Assembly: GCA_049582585.1 (NCBI GenBank)
Contig: JBAUUG010000446.1
Span: 1-51,521, forward strand
Length of the DNA stretch: 51,521 nt
Direction of reading: 5' to 3'
Source: Bryobacteraceae bacterium
GTDB taxonomy: Bacteria > Acidobacteriota > Terriglobia > Bryobacterales > Bryobacteraceae
The position numbers and the translations under genes are program-made. Below are positions 1 to 9,292 of the stretch, in pieces (positions within the stretch are counted from its first letter, which is position 1; every line of letters begins with the position of its first letter). The notes below the pieces were generated by a model. It saw only the letters and a list, made by a program, of their open reading frames with translations, was not told where the DNA came from and searched no databases.

Positions 1-64
1 ACTTAAGAAAGAGGAAAGACGAATTGGCTCCGTGAGGGCGGTAGCGAAAGGATAGTTCCCGAAG

Positions 65-3000
65 ATGCGCGATCAGATTTTACTTTCTACTGCCTTATTT
101 TTCCTGGCGGCGGGCTCTGTGTTCGGAAGCTGCACGGGGTCTTCGCCGTACGCATGTACTGGCGGAAGTCTTTCGATTAATGCAACCAGTCAGAACGGCT
201 ACCTGGCTTCGAACGCGCAGACGGTGTCGGGCTTGGCGGGATCGATTTCGAAGGTCACGGTCACGATGACGAACTGGAATGACAACGGGAGCTACCCGGG
301 CGACACCGACCGCGAAATGATGCTGGTGTTTCAGCCCACGGGCTGCGGCAACAACAACTGCCTGCAAACCTTCCAATTTCTGGGCGGGTTCGGCTCTTTC
401 GACAGCCTTTCAAGCTATACGGTCACCTTCGACGACAGCGCCACCAAATACGCCCCGGATGCGTATGAAGGGGTAAACGCGGGAGACGAGCCGCCTGTCA
501 ATCCGGGACTCTATAAGCCGACGGTAAATGAGGGCCAGACCTATTGCTCTCAGGAAGGCGGTCAGGCGGCATTCGGTTCGCCAGCGCCTTCCTCGGCGCC
601 CTGCGCGACCGACAATCAGAGCGATACAGCCAACGGCAACAGCGACGGACATTCCACATTCGCTTCCCAGTTCAGCGGCAATCCGAACGGCACTTGGACG
701 TTATATGTCTGGACAAACGGAAATGGCGAAGATTCGGCGGCAGGCATCGCCAGTTGGACGGTGACCATCACCACGCAGGCCAGTGCGGCGAGCACCACCA
801 CATCGCTGAGCTCGAACCAGCCGAATAACGAGACCACAGAAGGCACCTCGGTGACGCTGACGGCGACCGTCAACTCAAATTCCACGGTCAATGAAGGTAC
901 CGTCACCTTTACGGACAACGGCAACAACCTGTCTTGCAGTGGCGGTAATCCGGCCGCGGTGAGCAGCGGGACGGCGACGTGCGTGACGTCCTTCTCCAGC
1001 GAAGGCAACCATCCACTGGAGGCGGCTTATAGCGGGGGCACGGATTTCGGAGCGAGCCACGGGACATTGAATTTCTTTGCCGATCATCCGACCACCAATC
1101 CGAATCCAGGTCAGTACTGCAACACCGGAACGATCACCGTCAACACCGCCAACCAGCCGGGGACCACGCCTTATCCGCAGCACATCACCATTCCGAGCAC
1201 GAATGGAACCCTGAGCGATGTCAGCCTCACCCTGTCGAATATCACTACGGATAGTAATGGCGCCATTTCCGACTACAACTTTTTGTTGGTCGATCCGAAT
1301 GGAAATAAATTCATTCCGCTGGCGGGGGCCGGCGGCTCCGCGGCTGCCAGCGGCGTCACTTTGGCGTTGAGCGACTACGGTTCGGCCACGGTGCCCAATC
1401 CGCAGAACACAGCGGCCCCATCCGGGACTTACCTGCCGACCGATGACAACAGCGGCTTGAGTTTCGCCTCGAGCCCCAACGGCCCGCCTGCCGGCCCCTA
1501 CCAGCTTCCGCAGAATCAGGGCGGCGCGACGTTCGACACGACCTTCGGCGGCAGCAATCCGAGTGGGCAGTGGAGCTTGTACGCCTACGATACCTCGGGC
1601 CAACAGACCGGTTCGATCGGCGGCTATTGCTTGAACATCACGACCAGCAACGCAGCGGCGACAGTGACGACGGTCACTTCGTCGCCGAACATGGAGGCGA
1701 CGGTTGGCGAGAGCGTGACCTTCACCGCAACTGTCACCAGCGGCGGCAATCCCATCAGCGACGGTACCGTAACCTTCAAGGAGAACGGGACCGTTCTTTC
1801 CGGCCCCACAGCCGTGAACGGCAGCGGCCAGGCAACTTTCCAAACCTCCTCTCTAAGCGAGGGCATTCATACCATCACTGCCAATTACAGCGGCGTGAGC
1901 GGCACGTTCAACGTGAGTTCGGGGAGCGTGACGATCGAGATCGACACCGCGACGACGAACCCGTCTAGCGGCGTGTACTGCAACCCGGGAGGGATCAACA
2001 TTTCTGGTTCGAACGGCGGCCAGAACATTCCCGCGAGCCCGTATCCATCGCGCGTCAACGTGACGAATCTCGCGGGGACCGTAAACACGGTCGGCATCAG
2101 CCTGAACAACTTCTCCGACGCCGAGCCCGACGGCAGCGTGATGCTGCTTGAAGGCCCCACGTCCACCAACATTGTTTTCTGGGATGGGGTGGGGGGAGAC
2201 AGCGGATTCAGCAGCCTGAATCTCACGCTAGCGGATTCAGCCGGCTCGGGGAATCCGGTTCCGGCGCCCCCATCGAATAATGGGACATACTATCCGACTG
2301 CTGATGCGGACGGCCATCCCGCCGCTGTGTTCCCGTCTCCGGCGCCGACGAGCCTATCATTCGCGCCCTCAGAAGGACTTCAGACGTTCACCAACGCCTT
2401 CCAGAACATCAACGGGAACGGCTACTGGGCGTTTTATCTCTACAATCGGTTCGGCGGTCAAGCAGTAAGCATCAACAACTGGTGCTTGAACTTCGTGGTG
2501 AATCCGCCGGTGCTCACGCTTACCAAGAGCCACAGCGGCAGTTTCACGCAAGGCGATACGAGCGATACGTACACCATCACAGTTGCCAACCCCAGCGGTC
2601 CGGGATCAACCGGTGGCACGCTGACCCTGACGGACACGCTGCCCACCGGAATGAGCGGAGTGTCGATGGGTGAGACCGCACACACGGGTGGCGGGACAGG
2701 TTCGGACTGGAACTGCACCGGGTCCACCGCGACATGCACGCGCACAACGCCGATGCCTTCGGGCGAGAGCGACACGATAACGCTGACGGTCAGCGTGGGT
2801 TACAACACTGCGACGGGCGCTAATGCGGTCACGAACTCGGTTCAGGTTTCCGGCGGCGGCATTTCGGCTACGCAAACGGCAACCGATCAAACCACGATTA
2901 ATCCGGGCCCGGTGCAGGTGACGTTCAGCACGAGTCCGGCGGGTCTTTCCTATACGGTCGGCAGCACAACCTACACTTCGCAACAGATGCTGACACTGAC

Positions 3001-4699
3001 CAACGGATCGATGTATACCGTCTCGACTACTTCGCCGCAGACCTCGGCGGGTGTACAGAATACGTTCACGAGCTGGTCGGACGGGGGAGCAATGTCGCAC
3101 TCGATTCTTATTTCCAGCACGACCGGCACAGCCAGCTATAGCGCAAGCTTCAGCACTGCGTATCAGCTGACCACGGCGGTGTCACCCAGCAACTCGGGAA
3201 CCGTGACTCCCACTTCGGGGAATTACTATGCTCCGGGGACGCCGATCGGCCTGACGGCTGCGGCGAGCCACGGGTATGGGTTCTCAAACTGGACGTCGAC
3301 CGCGAATGGGATCCTGGCCAATGCGAACAGCGCGACCTCTGCGACCGTGACGCTAAGCGGTCCCGCGACGGTAACTGCTAACTTCGCAGCCCTTTCGAAC
3401 ACGCCGTTCGTGATCTCGGCGACTCCGAACAACGCGACCGGTTCTTCTCCCCCGTTTGCGCTGACCTACTCCGACAGCAGCGGAACAGCTGCTCTTCGCT
3501 ATTTGATCGTGAACTTCAATACGACGAGCTCCTATGCACAGGGCTGTGTCGTCTACTACAACCAGGACAACAACAATCTGTTCCTGGAAAACGACGCCGG
3601 AAACGCGGTGCAAGGGCCGATCCAACCCGGCTCCGGAATGCTCAAGAATAGCCAGTGCACGATTAGCGGGGCAGGCACTTCGACCGCCATCGCGGGCAAC
3701 AATCTCACGCTGAATCTGGCGGTCACGGCGACCAGCAGTTTCACGGGCGTAAAGAACATTTATATGTTGGCGACGGACAACAACGGCAAGGAAAGCGGTT
3801 GGGTGAACGCGGGGACCTGGACGCCCGGAGCCGCCTCCGCTCCCTCGATAGTCCCGCTATCGCCGAATACTTACAGCGGCTCCCCGCAAACTTTTGCGCT
3901 GACGTATTCCGACACCGGCGGTCCTCCCGACCTTCACTATGTGATCGTCAACTTCAATACGAGCACGGCCTCCTCTCAGGGCTGCGTCGTCTACTACAAC
4001 CAGGACAACAATAATCTCTCGCTTCTGAACAACGCCGGGAGCGGCATTCAAGGGACTATCCAGCCCGGATCGGGCTCGGTATCGAACAGTCAATGCACCA
4101 TCACCGGGAGCGGCACAACTGTCGTCCCCTCGGGCAACAACCTCACCCTGAACCTGGAGGTAACCGCGAGCAGCAGTTTCACAGGAACGCAGAATATCTA
4201 CATGCTGGCGACCGACAATGACGGGAAGGAAACCGGCTGGCAAAATGAGGGTACTTGGACGCCCGCCGGCGCCTCCATTCCCTCGGTCGTTTCGGCATCG
4301 CAGAGCGGTGTTACCGGTTCGCCCGAAACCTTCGCGCTGACCTATTCCGATACAGGCGGCTCGACAGCTCTTCATTATCTGGTCGTGAACTTTAATACGA
4401 GCACGGCTTATGCGAGCGCCTGCGTCGTTTACTATAACCAGGACAATAACAATCTCTTCCTGGAGGACGATGCGGGTACCGGGCTGGAAGGTCCGATTCA
4501 GCCCGGTTCAGGCACGCTGTCGAATACTCAGTGCATGATTGACGGCACTAACACTACGGTCGTGCCTTCGGGCGACCAATTAACGCTGAACCTGGCGGTG
4601 ACGGGCTATTTAACGGGCACAAAGAACATTTATATGCTGGCCACCGACAACGACAGCAAAGAGAGCGGTTGGCAAAACGAGGGGACCTGGACGCCTTAA
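65..4699 (+). CDS. Very large secreted/cell-surface protein (1544 aa): signal peptide, Ig-like domains, three proprotein-convertase P-domain-like modules, DUF11-like repeat domain, three tandem 146-aa C-terminal modules
   Basis: Single uninterrupted ORF. Hydrophobic N-terminus MRDQILLSTALFFLAAGSVFGSC. Ig-like repeats (TEGTSVTLTATVNS..GTVTFTDNG; TVGESVTFTATVTSGG..GTVTFKENG). P-domain-like motifs GTWTLYVW..IASWTVTI, GQWSLYAY..IGGYCLNI, GYWAFYLY..INNWCLNF. PVLTLTKSHSG..TITVANPSG resembles a DUF11 repeat. T/S/G/N-rich composition. Confidence 0.8.
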   Translation: MRDQILLSTALFFLAAGSVFGSCTGSSPYACTGGSLSINATSQNGYLASNAQTVSGLAGSISKVTVTMTNWNDNGSYPGDTDREMMLVFQPTGCGNNNCLQTFQFLGGFGSFDSLSSYTVTFDDSATKYAPDAYEGVNAGDEPPVNPGLYKPTVNEGQTYCSQEGGQAAFGSPAPSSAPCATDNQSDTANGNSDGHSTFASQFSGNPNGTWTLYVWTNGNGEDSAAGIASWTVTITTQASAASTTTSLSSNQPNNETTEGTSVTLTATVNSNSTVNEGTVTFTDNGNNLSCSGGNPAAVSSGTATCVTSFSSEGNHPLEAAYSGGTDFGASHGTLNFFADHPTTNPNPGQYCNTGTITVNTANQPGTTPYPQHITIPSTNGTLSDVSLTLSNITTDSNGAISDYNFLLVDPNGNKFIPLAGAGGSAAASGVTLALSDYGSATVPNPQNTAAPSGTYLPTDDNSGLSFASSPNGPPAGPYQLPQNQGGATFDTTFGGSNPSGQWSLYAYDTSGQQTGSIGGYCLNITTSNAAATVTTVTSSPNMEATVGESVTFTATVTSGGNPISDGTVTFKENGTVLSGPTAVNGSGQATFQTSSLSEGIHTITANYSGVSGTFNVSSGSVTIEIDTATTNPSSGVYCNPGGINISGSNGGQNIPASPYPSRVNVTNLAGTVNTVGISLNNFSDAEPDGSVMLLEGPTSTNIVFWDGVGGDSGFSSLNLTLADSAGSGNPVPAPPSNNGTYYPTADADGHPAAVFPSPAPTSLSFAPSEGLQTFTNAFQNINGNGYWAFYLYNRFGGQAVSINNWCLNFVVNPPVLTLTKSHSGSFTQGDTSDTYTITVANPSGPGSTGGTLTLTDTLPTGMSGVSMGETAHTGGGTGSDWNCTGSTATCTRTTPMPSGESDTITLTVSVGYNTATGANAVTNSVQVSGGGISATQTATDQTTINPGPVQVTFSTSPAGLSYTVGSTTYTSQQMLTLTNGSMYTVSTTSPQTSAGVQNTFTSWSDGGAMSHSILISSTTGTASYSASFSTAYQLTTAVSPSNSGTVTPTSGNYYAPGTPIGLTAAASHGYGFSNWTSTANGILANANSATSATVTLSGPATVTANFAALSNTPFVISATPNNATGSSPPFALTYSDSSGTAALRYLIVNFNTTSSYAQGCVVYYNQDNNNLFLENDAGNAVQGPIQPGSGMLKNSQCTISGAGTSTAIAGNNLTLNLAVTATSSFTGVKNIYMLATDNNGKESGWVNAGTWTPGAASAPSIVPLSPNTYSGSPQTFALTYSDTGGPPDLHYVIVNFNTSTASSQGCVVYYNQDNNNLSLLNNAGSGIQGTIQPGSGSVSNSQCTITGSGTTVVPSGNNLTLNLEVTASSSFTGTQNIYMLATDNDGKETGWQNEGTWTPAGASIPSVVSASQSGVTGSPETFALTYSDTGGSTALHYLVVNFNTSTAYASACVVYYNQDNNNLFLEDDAGTGLEGPIQPGSGTLSNTQCMIDGTNTTVVPSGDQLTLNLAVTGYLTGTKNIYMLATDNDSKESGWQNEGTWTP
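3389..4696 (+). repeat. Three tandem in-frame coding repeats (438, 438 and 432 bp; about 146 aa each) at the C-terminus of the surface protein
   Basis: The anchor F-A-L-T-Y-S-D recurs at nt 3455, 3893 and 4331 (period 438). Each unit ends G-T-W-T-P at 3826, 4264 and 4696. Shared blocks: VNFNT, CVVYYNQDNNNL, IQPGSG, NNLTLNL, NIYMLATDN.GKE.GW. Confidence 0.9.
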
Positions 4700-4718
4700 G
4701 GAGCGCGGTAGTCTTCCT

Positions 4719-5381
4719 TTATGCCAGGCCGCGGTCCAACGCGTATCTGGTCATCATCGCGGTCGAATGCAATTTCAAGCGATCCATGATCGCGGCCCGG
4801 TGGAATTCCGCGGTCCGTACTGAAATATTCAAGCGGTTTGCTATCTCTTTAGCGGAGCAGCCTTGTGAGATGAGCCGAAGGACTTCCTTTTGACGCTCGG
4901 TCAAGCCGCCATCGGGTAACTGCTCTTCTGGAGCCTGCAATCGAGACCCGATATACCGACCGCCTTTGAGGACTGTGCCGATCGCAAGCATCAACTCCTC
5001 CCCCGGGGCACGTTTCGATAAGTACCCGTGTGCCCCAATTTCAAGGGCGCGCTTCACGAACCTGGGTTCGGTGTACATGGAGAGAAACATCAATTTCAAC
5101 TCGGGTCGCCTGTCGAGCGCGCGGCGCGCCGCGTCGAAACCATCGCTACCGGGCAGTTGAATATCCAAAATTGCTAGATCCGGCGCAAAACGATCAATTG
5201 CAGCCTCGAACTCGAGCAGCGTGTCCACCGTCAACACTTCATACTCGTGAGCCGCCATAAATGCGACTGCGTCTAACACGAGACGATGATCGTCCAGGAA
5301 GAGAACCTTAGGCCGGGCGAGGCCAAGTTGGGAGCCATTCTGCTGAATACCTGGGCTCGCTTCAATATGTAAGTTATCCAT
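4719..5381 (-). CDS. Response regulator, NarL/FixJ (LuxR-type HTH) family
   Basis: Receiver domain (VLFLDDHRLVLDAV..DLAILDIQLPGSDGF..KLMFLSMY) followed by a LuxR HTH (LTERQKEVLRLISQGCSAKEIANRLNISVRTAEFHRAAIMDRL). No kinase gene adjacent. Confidence 0.85.
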   Translation of the reverse strand: MDNLHIEASPGIQQNGSQLGLARPKVLFLDDHRLVLDAVAFMAAHEYEVLTVDTLLEFEAAIDRFAPDLAILDIQLPGSDGFDAARRALDRRPELKLMFLSMYTEPRFVKRALEIGAHGYLSKRAPGEELMLAIGTVLKGGRYIGSRLQAPEEQLPDGGLTERQKEVLRLISQGCSAKEIANRLNISVRTAEFHRAAIMDRLKLHSTAMMTRYALDRGLA

Positions 5382-5442
5382 CTCTCATTCGATGCTGCAA
5401 CACCCCAGAAGTGCTAGAAAGATTGCGGGTCCACTAGGGTAA

Positions 5443-6459
5443 ATGATAGGGACACACGAACAACTCTTAATTCGAGCGGAAGAGCAACTCGCTTCAATGC
5501 GCGTTGAGGAAGCATTGCGCCTGTTTGAACTGGCGGAGCAAGCCGGGTGCGAGACAGATTCTTGTGCGGCTGGACGATGGACTTGCCACATGCTGGCCGG
5601 CAACTTTGAACAGGCTTGGCAAGAGAGCGACGCCATCGCGAAGCGCGGCCGGCCGGATCCAAATCGGTTTTGGGACGGACGGCCATTGCGCGGGCGTAGC
5701 GTGCTGGTCCGATGCCTGCACGGGCTTGGAGATACCCTTCAGTTCATCCGGTACGCGCCTCAAATCCGCCGCGAAGCTCGAAGGCTGGCGGTTGAAGCGC
5801 AGCCGACATTGAAGTCACTCCTTGAGCAAGCCGATCTGGCTGACGAAGTAATCACCTGGGGCGACGCGGAGCCATATTGGGACCAGCAGATCGAAATCAT
5901 CGAGCTCCCCCGTATCTTCAGAACCACGGTGAGTTCCATCCCTAATCATGTTCCGTATATCGATGTGCCCTCCGTCTACCCCAGTTGCCCCTGTGACGAA
6001 TCGCGGCCATTGCGGGTGGGCATTGTTTGGGCATCCAGCGTCTATAACCCCGGCCGCTCCATTCTCCTGAAAGACATGTCTCCCTGGTTTGCCATTCCAG
6101 GCGTTTCGTTTTTCAGTTTGCAGGCGGGGCCGGAACAGGCGCAGCTGGAACCCTGGTCAAGCCGGATTGAAAGCCTCTATGACAAGTCGAACCTGATACT
6201 GCCGATGGCCGGAGCTCTTAAAAATCTCGACTTGATCATCACGGTCGACACGATGATGGCTCACCTGGCAGGGGCGATGGGACGCCCGGTTTGGACTCTG
6301 CTCCCGTATGACTGCGATTGGCGCTGGATGCTCGATCGTGAGGATTCGCCCTGGTACCCGACTATGCGCCTGTTTCGTCAGCCCCGGCCGGGGGATTGGA
6401 AAAGCGTGATTGAGCGCGTGACTCAGGCGCTCGAGTGTGCTAAGCCTCAATTGAAGTAG
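5443..6459 (+). CDS. TPR-like N-terminus fused to a glycosyltransferase family 9 (heptosyltransferase)-like domain
   Basis: LHGLGDTLQFIRYAP, VGIVWASS..., LDLIITVDTMMAHLAGAMGRPVWTLLP and RLFRQ are the conserved blocks of GT9-like domains found behind TPR repeats. Product assigned by motif only. Confidence 0.6.
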   Translation: MIGTHEQLLIRAEEQLASMRVEEALRLFELAEQAGCETDSCAAGRWTCHMLAGNFEQAWQESDAIAKRGRPDPNRFWDGRPLRGRSVLVRCLHGLGDTLQFIRYAPQIRREARRLAVEAQPTLKSLLEQADLADEVITWGDAEPYWDQQIEIIELPRIFRTTVSSIPNHVPYIDVPSVYPSCPCDESRPLRVGIVWASSVYNPGRSILLKDMSPWFAIPGVSFFSLQAGPEQAQLEPWSSRIESLYDKSNLILPMAGALKNLDLIITVDTMMAHLAGAMGRPVWTLLPYDCDWRWMLDREDSPWYPTMRLFRQPRPGDWKSVIERVTQALECAKPQLK

Positions 6460-7392
6460 ATGCTCGATGGCGGCAAATCGCGAAAACGGTTCGGAGTGTT
6501 CGCCTGGATGGTGTTGGCGTACAACATCCCGGTGATTCTGTGGGGAGCTTATGTGCGCGCTTCCTTTTCAGGCGATGGATGCGGCGCGCATTGGCCGTTC
6601 TGCAACGGACAAGTGATACCGCACAACATGGCCGCGCCCATGGCCATCGAGTTCGCGCATCGCATGACGACGGGCTTCGATTCCGCTGCGGTGATCGCGA
6701 TGTGCTGCTGGGCTTTTCTTGCGTTCCCCAAACGGCATGCGGTGCGATTGTACTCCGCGCTCTCGGTGGTCTTCATATCTATCGAGGCGCTGCTGGGAAT
6801 GGGGCTGGTTCTGCTGAGATATGTGGCAAAAGATCAATCGGCGGGCCGGGCGTGGTATTTGTCGGCGCATCTCACGAATACGATGCTTCTGCTGGGCGCG
6901 CTGACGGTGACGGCGTGGGCGGCAGCCGGCCGCTTCGCTCCGGACTCTGTATCGGAAGTGTTGCGGAATGGGAGGTTAGCCGGGGCGCTCGCGGTTACAG
7001 TGGGCGTCAGTATCACGGGAGTGATCGCGGCGCTCGGCGATACGCTGTTTCCGGCCTCCTCGCTCAGCGCAGGAGTGCGGCAGGACTTTTCAAGTGCGAC
7101 GAGTTTGTTGTTGCGGCTGAGGATGGTGCATCCGTTGATTGCGATAATCGGAGCGGCTTATTTGATCTGGGCCGCGGCTGGTGTTTTGAAACACACTCCG
7201 GCTGCGGGGCGGGTGATCACGCTGACGCTCTTTCAATTGGCTGCAGGAGCGGTGAACATTTCGTTGCTCGCCCCGATCTGGATGCAACTCTTCCACCTGT
7301 TCATGGCTGACTTGCTTTGGATTTCGGTGGTTGTGCTGGTGCTGGAGAATGCGGCGGTGCGGAGGCCGACCGCCGCGCTGACATACGTCTAA
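6460..7392 (+). CDS. ctaA: Haem A synthase (COX15/CtaA family)
   Basis: About 8 predicted TM helices. Signature GDGCGAHWPFCNGQVIP. Conserved His in TM segments (FAHRMTTG, MVHPLIAI). ATG follows the upstream stop directly. Confidence 0.75.
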   Translation: MLDGGKSRKRFGVFAWMVLAYNIPVILWGAYVRASFSGDGCGAHWPFCNGQVIPHNMAAPMAIEFAHRMTTGFDSAAVIAMCCWAFLAFPKRHAVRLYSALSVVFISIEALLGMGLVLLRYVAKDQSAGRAWYLSAHLTNTMLLLGALTVTAWAAAGRFAPDSVSEVLRNGRLAGALAVTVGVSITGVIAALGDTLFPASSLSAGVRQDFSSATSLLLRLRMVHPLIAIIGAAYLIWAAAGVLKHTPAAGRVITLTLFQLAAGAVNISLLAPIWMQLFHLFMADLLWISVVVLVLENAAVRRPTAALTYV

Positions 7393-7709
7393 TGCGAATT
7401 ACCGTCTCACATAACAAATCAAAACAGGAAGTGATTCGAGCGGTCGACCGCTCCTTCGACGAGATATTCAAGACTACCGGCGTGATTCCGCTCCAAATCG
7501 TGAACGAGCGAAGGGCGTGGAAAGGGGGGACAATGACCTTCTCCTTCGAAGCCAAAATGGGGCCGCTGAGTACGCCTATCAAAGGCACAGTGGAAGTCAC
7601 CGACAAGGATCTGACGATCGATGCCGATCTTGGACTGTTCGAGAAACTCCTGCCGGGGAAACAGGCGCAGGCGAATATCGAGGGCAAAATTCGCGGGCTC
7701 CTGACTTAA
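7392..7709 (+). CDS. Small protein resembling the polyhydroxyalkanoic acid system (PHA_gran_rgn) family
   Basis: The ATG at 7392 overlaps the ctaA stop (TAATG). The 105-aa product has the family pattern I.V.H..S..E....VD ... W.G....F ... G.V.V.D..L.ID..LG.F..L....A...IE.KI..LL. The longer listed ORF (7317) starts inside ctaA. Confidence 0.5.
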   Translation: MRITVSHNKSKQEVIRAVDRSFDEIFKTTGVIPLQIVNERRAWKGGTMTFSFEAKMGPLSTPIKGTVEVTDKDLTIDADLGLFEKLLPGKQAQANIEGKIRGLLT

Positions 7710-9292
7710 CGATCGCGAAGCCCGAAACAGTAAAGCGTCGAGCTGTGGTCCACGGAATAAACATTTCCATCGTCAATCGCGAGCCCCCCGAAGTGATTCC
7801 AGCTCTTCATGGCATTCGCGCTTTGATAGAGCAGCTTTCCTGTCCGCGCATCCAGCGCCATTAGGACTGCCGGGCGAGTGCCGGCCGCGCGTTCTTCCGT
7901 CGTCAGCAGATTTTGCTTCCACTCTTCTTCGCTCTTGAAATGCGTCTTGCCGAGTATCTTGTCCTGGCGCGGATTTTCGCCGGTGGCCACAACGAACACC
8001 ACTCCGTTCGCTACGGCAGGGGCGTCCGGAAGGTTCACGTCCGGCGAGATCCAGGCAAGTTTCAGGCAGGGCGTTTTTGAAGACGGATCGATTTCGACTT
8101 TAAATGCGACGATTGAACCGTGCGGCGCTGGCCCATTGAGCTGCGCGGCATTGGCGGCCTCTTCTGAGACTGCGCCCCAAAGCGGGATGTAAATCCAGGC
8201 ATCCCTCTCGCCCTCCTCCCAAAATGCCGGAGCGCCCCAAATTCCTTGCTCCTCGAGCGCCTTCGATGGGTTGCCGAGCGCGGCTGAAGTGTAAAGCGGC
8301 GTGCGATGATCTTTGCTTCCCAGCGAGTCTGCATTTAACAAGTACACGGTGGATTCCTTGCCGCCTCCTACCAGGAGATGGAGGTTCCGGTGAGCGAACC
8401 ACAGGAGCCCTCCGGACGGAAGGTCGAGATCTTTCTTGTTGATGTCGCTCCAGTTTGCGGGGCTGAAATAGTCGACGATGTTCAACGCAGGCGTTGAAGC
8501 CGCGAGGAAAGTGCTGCCGTAGTCGCCGCTTGGGGGATCGAATACGCCATCTCCTGTTGTGACGTAGAGGAGGCCATTGGCTCCGATGATGGGACCTCCT
8601 CGGCCCCAAATACCGGCGCCCGATCCATTGCGCACCAGCGTTTCGTAAGTGACTCGGTGAGTAGGATCGTCCACTTGCATCGAATAGAGACCGGAGCGGT
8701 CACCGCCGCAACCCTGCGAAGTGCCGGTGTAAATGAAACCGTTGCCAAGGTTGAGGCTCCACGGCTTTGAGAAGGGAGGGACCATCTGAAACGGACCGAA
8801 TTTGATGCTGCCAGTGCCGAGATCCAATCCGAACACTCTGCCGTCATAGGCGATCGCGAAGATAAGATTTTGGCGGCGGTCGATGACCGGAGTTGCGTTT
8901 ATGGCGTTCGGGCAGAGATAAAAGGATTCCATCTTGGGCTTGACGAAACTCTGGAAGGTGCGCTGCCATACCACCGCTCCGGTGGACGCATCGACTGCGA
9001 AGAGATGATTCGAGCTTCCAGCAACGTAGACCAGTGTTTTGGTTCCGGAAGGAGTGGCCACATCTCTTGCGACAACGGGTGCTGTGAGCGCGTTCAAGGC
9101 GAGAGGCTCGTTGTCGAGCTGGACGGACCATTTCAGCTCGAGGTCTTTGACATTCCCGGAGGTGAGCTTTGTCTCTCCCGAAGCCCAGGCAGAGCGCTGC
9201 GGGTCATGGGCGAACGTGAGCCAATCGGCTTGCAGCGAGAGCGCGGAGAGCAGCAGAAAGATGAATGCAGTTTGGCGCAGGCGGGTGGTCAT
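7706..9292 (-). CDS. Secreted PQQ-like (BamB-type) beta-propeller repeat protein
   Basis: Start chosen at MTTRLRQTAFIFLLLSALSLQA (signal peptide). Its ATG overlaps the upstream gene stop (ATGA at 9289-9292). Repeated propeller blades (LFAVDASTGAVVWQ, VFGLDLGTGSIKF, LMALDARTGKLLYQ). Confidence 0.75.
   Translation of the reverse strand: MTTRLRQTAFIFLLLSALSLQADWLTFAHDPQRSAWASGETKLTSGNVKDLELKWSVQLDNEPLALNALTAPVVARDVATPSGTKTLVYVAGSSNHLFAVDASTGAVVWQRTFQSFVKPKMESFYLCPNAINATPVIDRRQNLIFAIAYDGRVFGLDLGTGSIKFGPFQMVPPFSKPWSLNLGNGFIYTGTSQGCGGDRSGLYSMQVDDPTHRVTYETLVRNGSGAGIWGRGGPIIGANGLLYVTTGDGVFDPPSGDYGSTFLAASTPALNIVDYFSPANWSDINKKDLDLPSGGLLWFAHRNLHLLVGGGKESTVYLLNADSLGSKDHRTPLYTSAALGNPSKALEEQGIWGAPAFWEEGERDAWIYIPLWGAVSEEAANAAQLNGPAPHGSIVAFKVEIDPSSKTPCLKLAWISPDVNLPDAPAVANGVVFVVATGENPRQDKILGKTHFKSEEEWKQNLLTTEERAAGTRPAVLMALDARTGKLLYQSANAMKSWNHFGGLAIDDGNVYSVDHSSTLYCFGLRDR

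Noticed and set aside
875-1843. Long antisense or alternate-frame ORFs inside the surface-protein gene (e.g. 875-1843, 616-1008, 2606-3100, 3857-4375). Similar ones occur inside other genes (6540-7310, 12855-13613, 23067-23831, 23092-23856, 35204-36010, 40489-41100, 32119-32721).
   Set aside because: Arg/Ala/Gly-rich translations with no motifs, fully nested in genes that have strong family signatures. These are typical stop-poor shadow frames of high-GC DNA.
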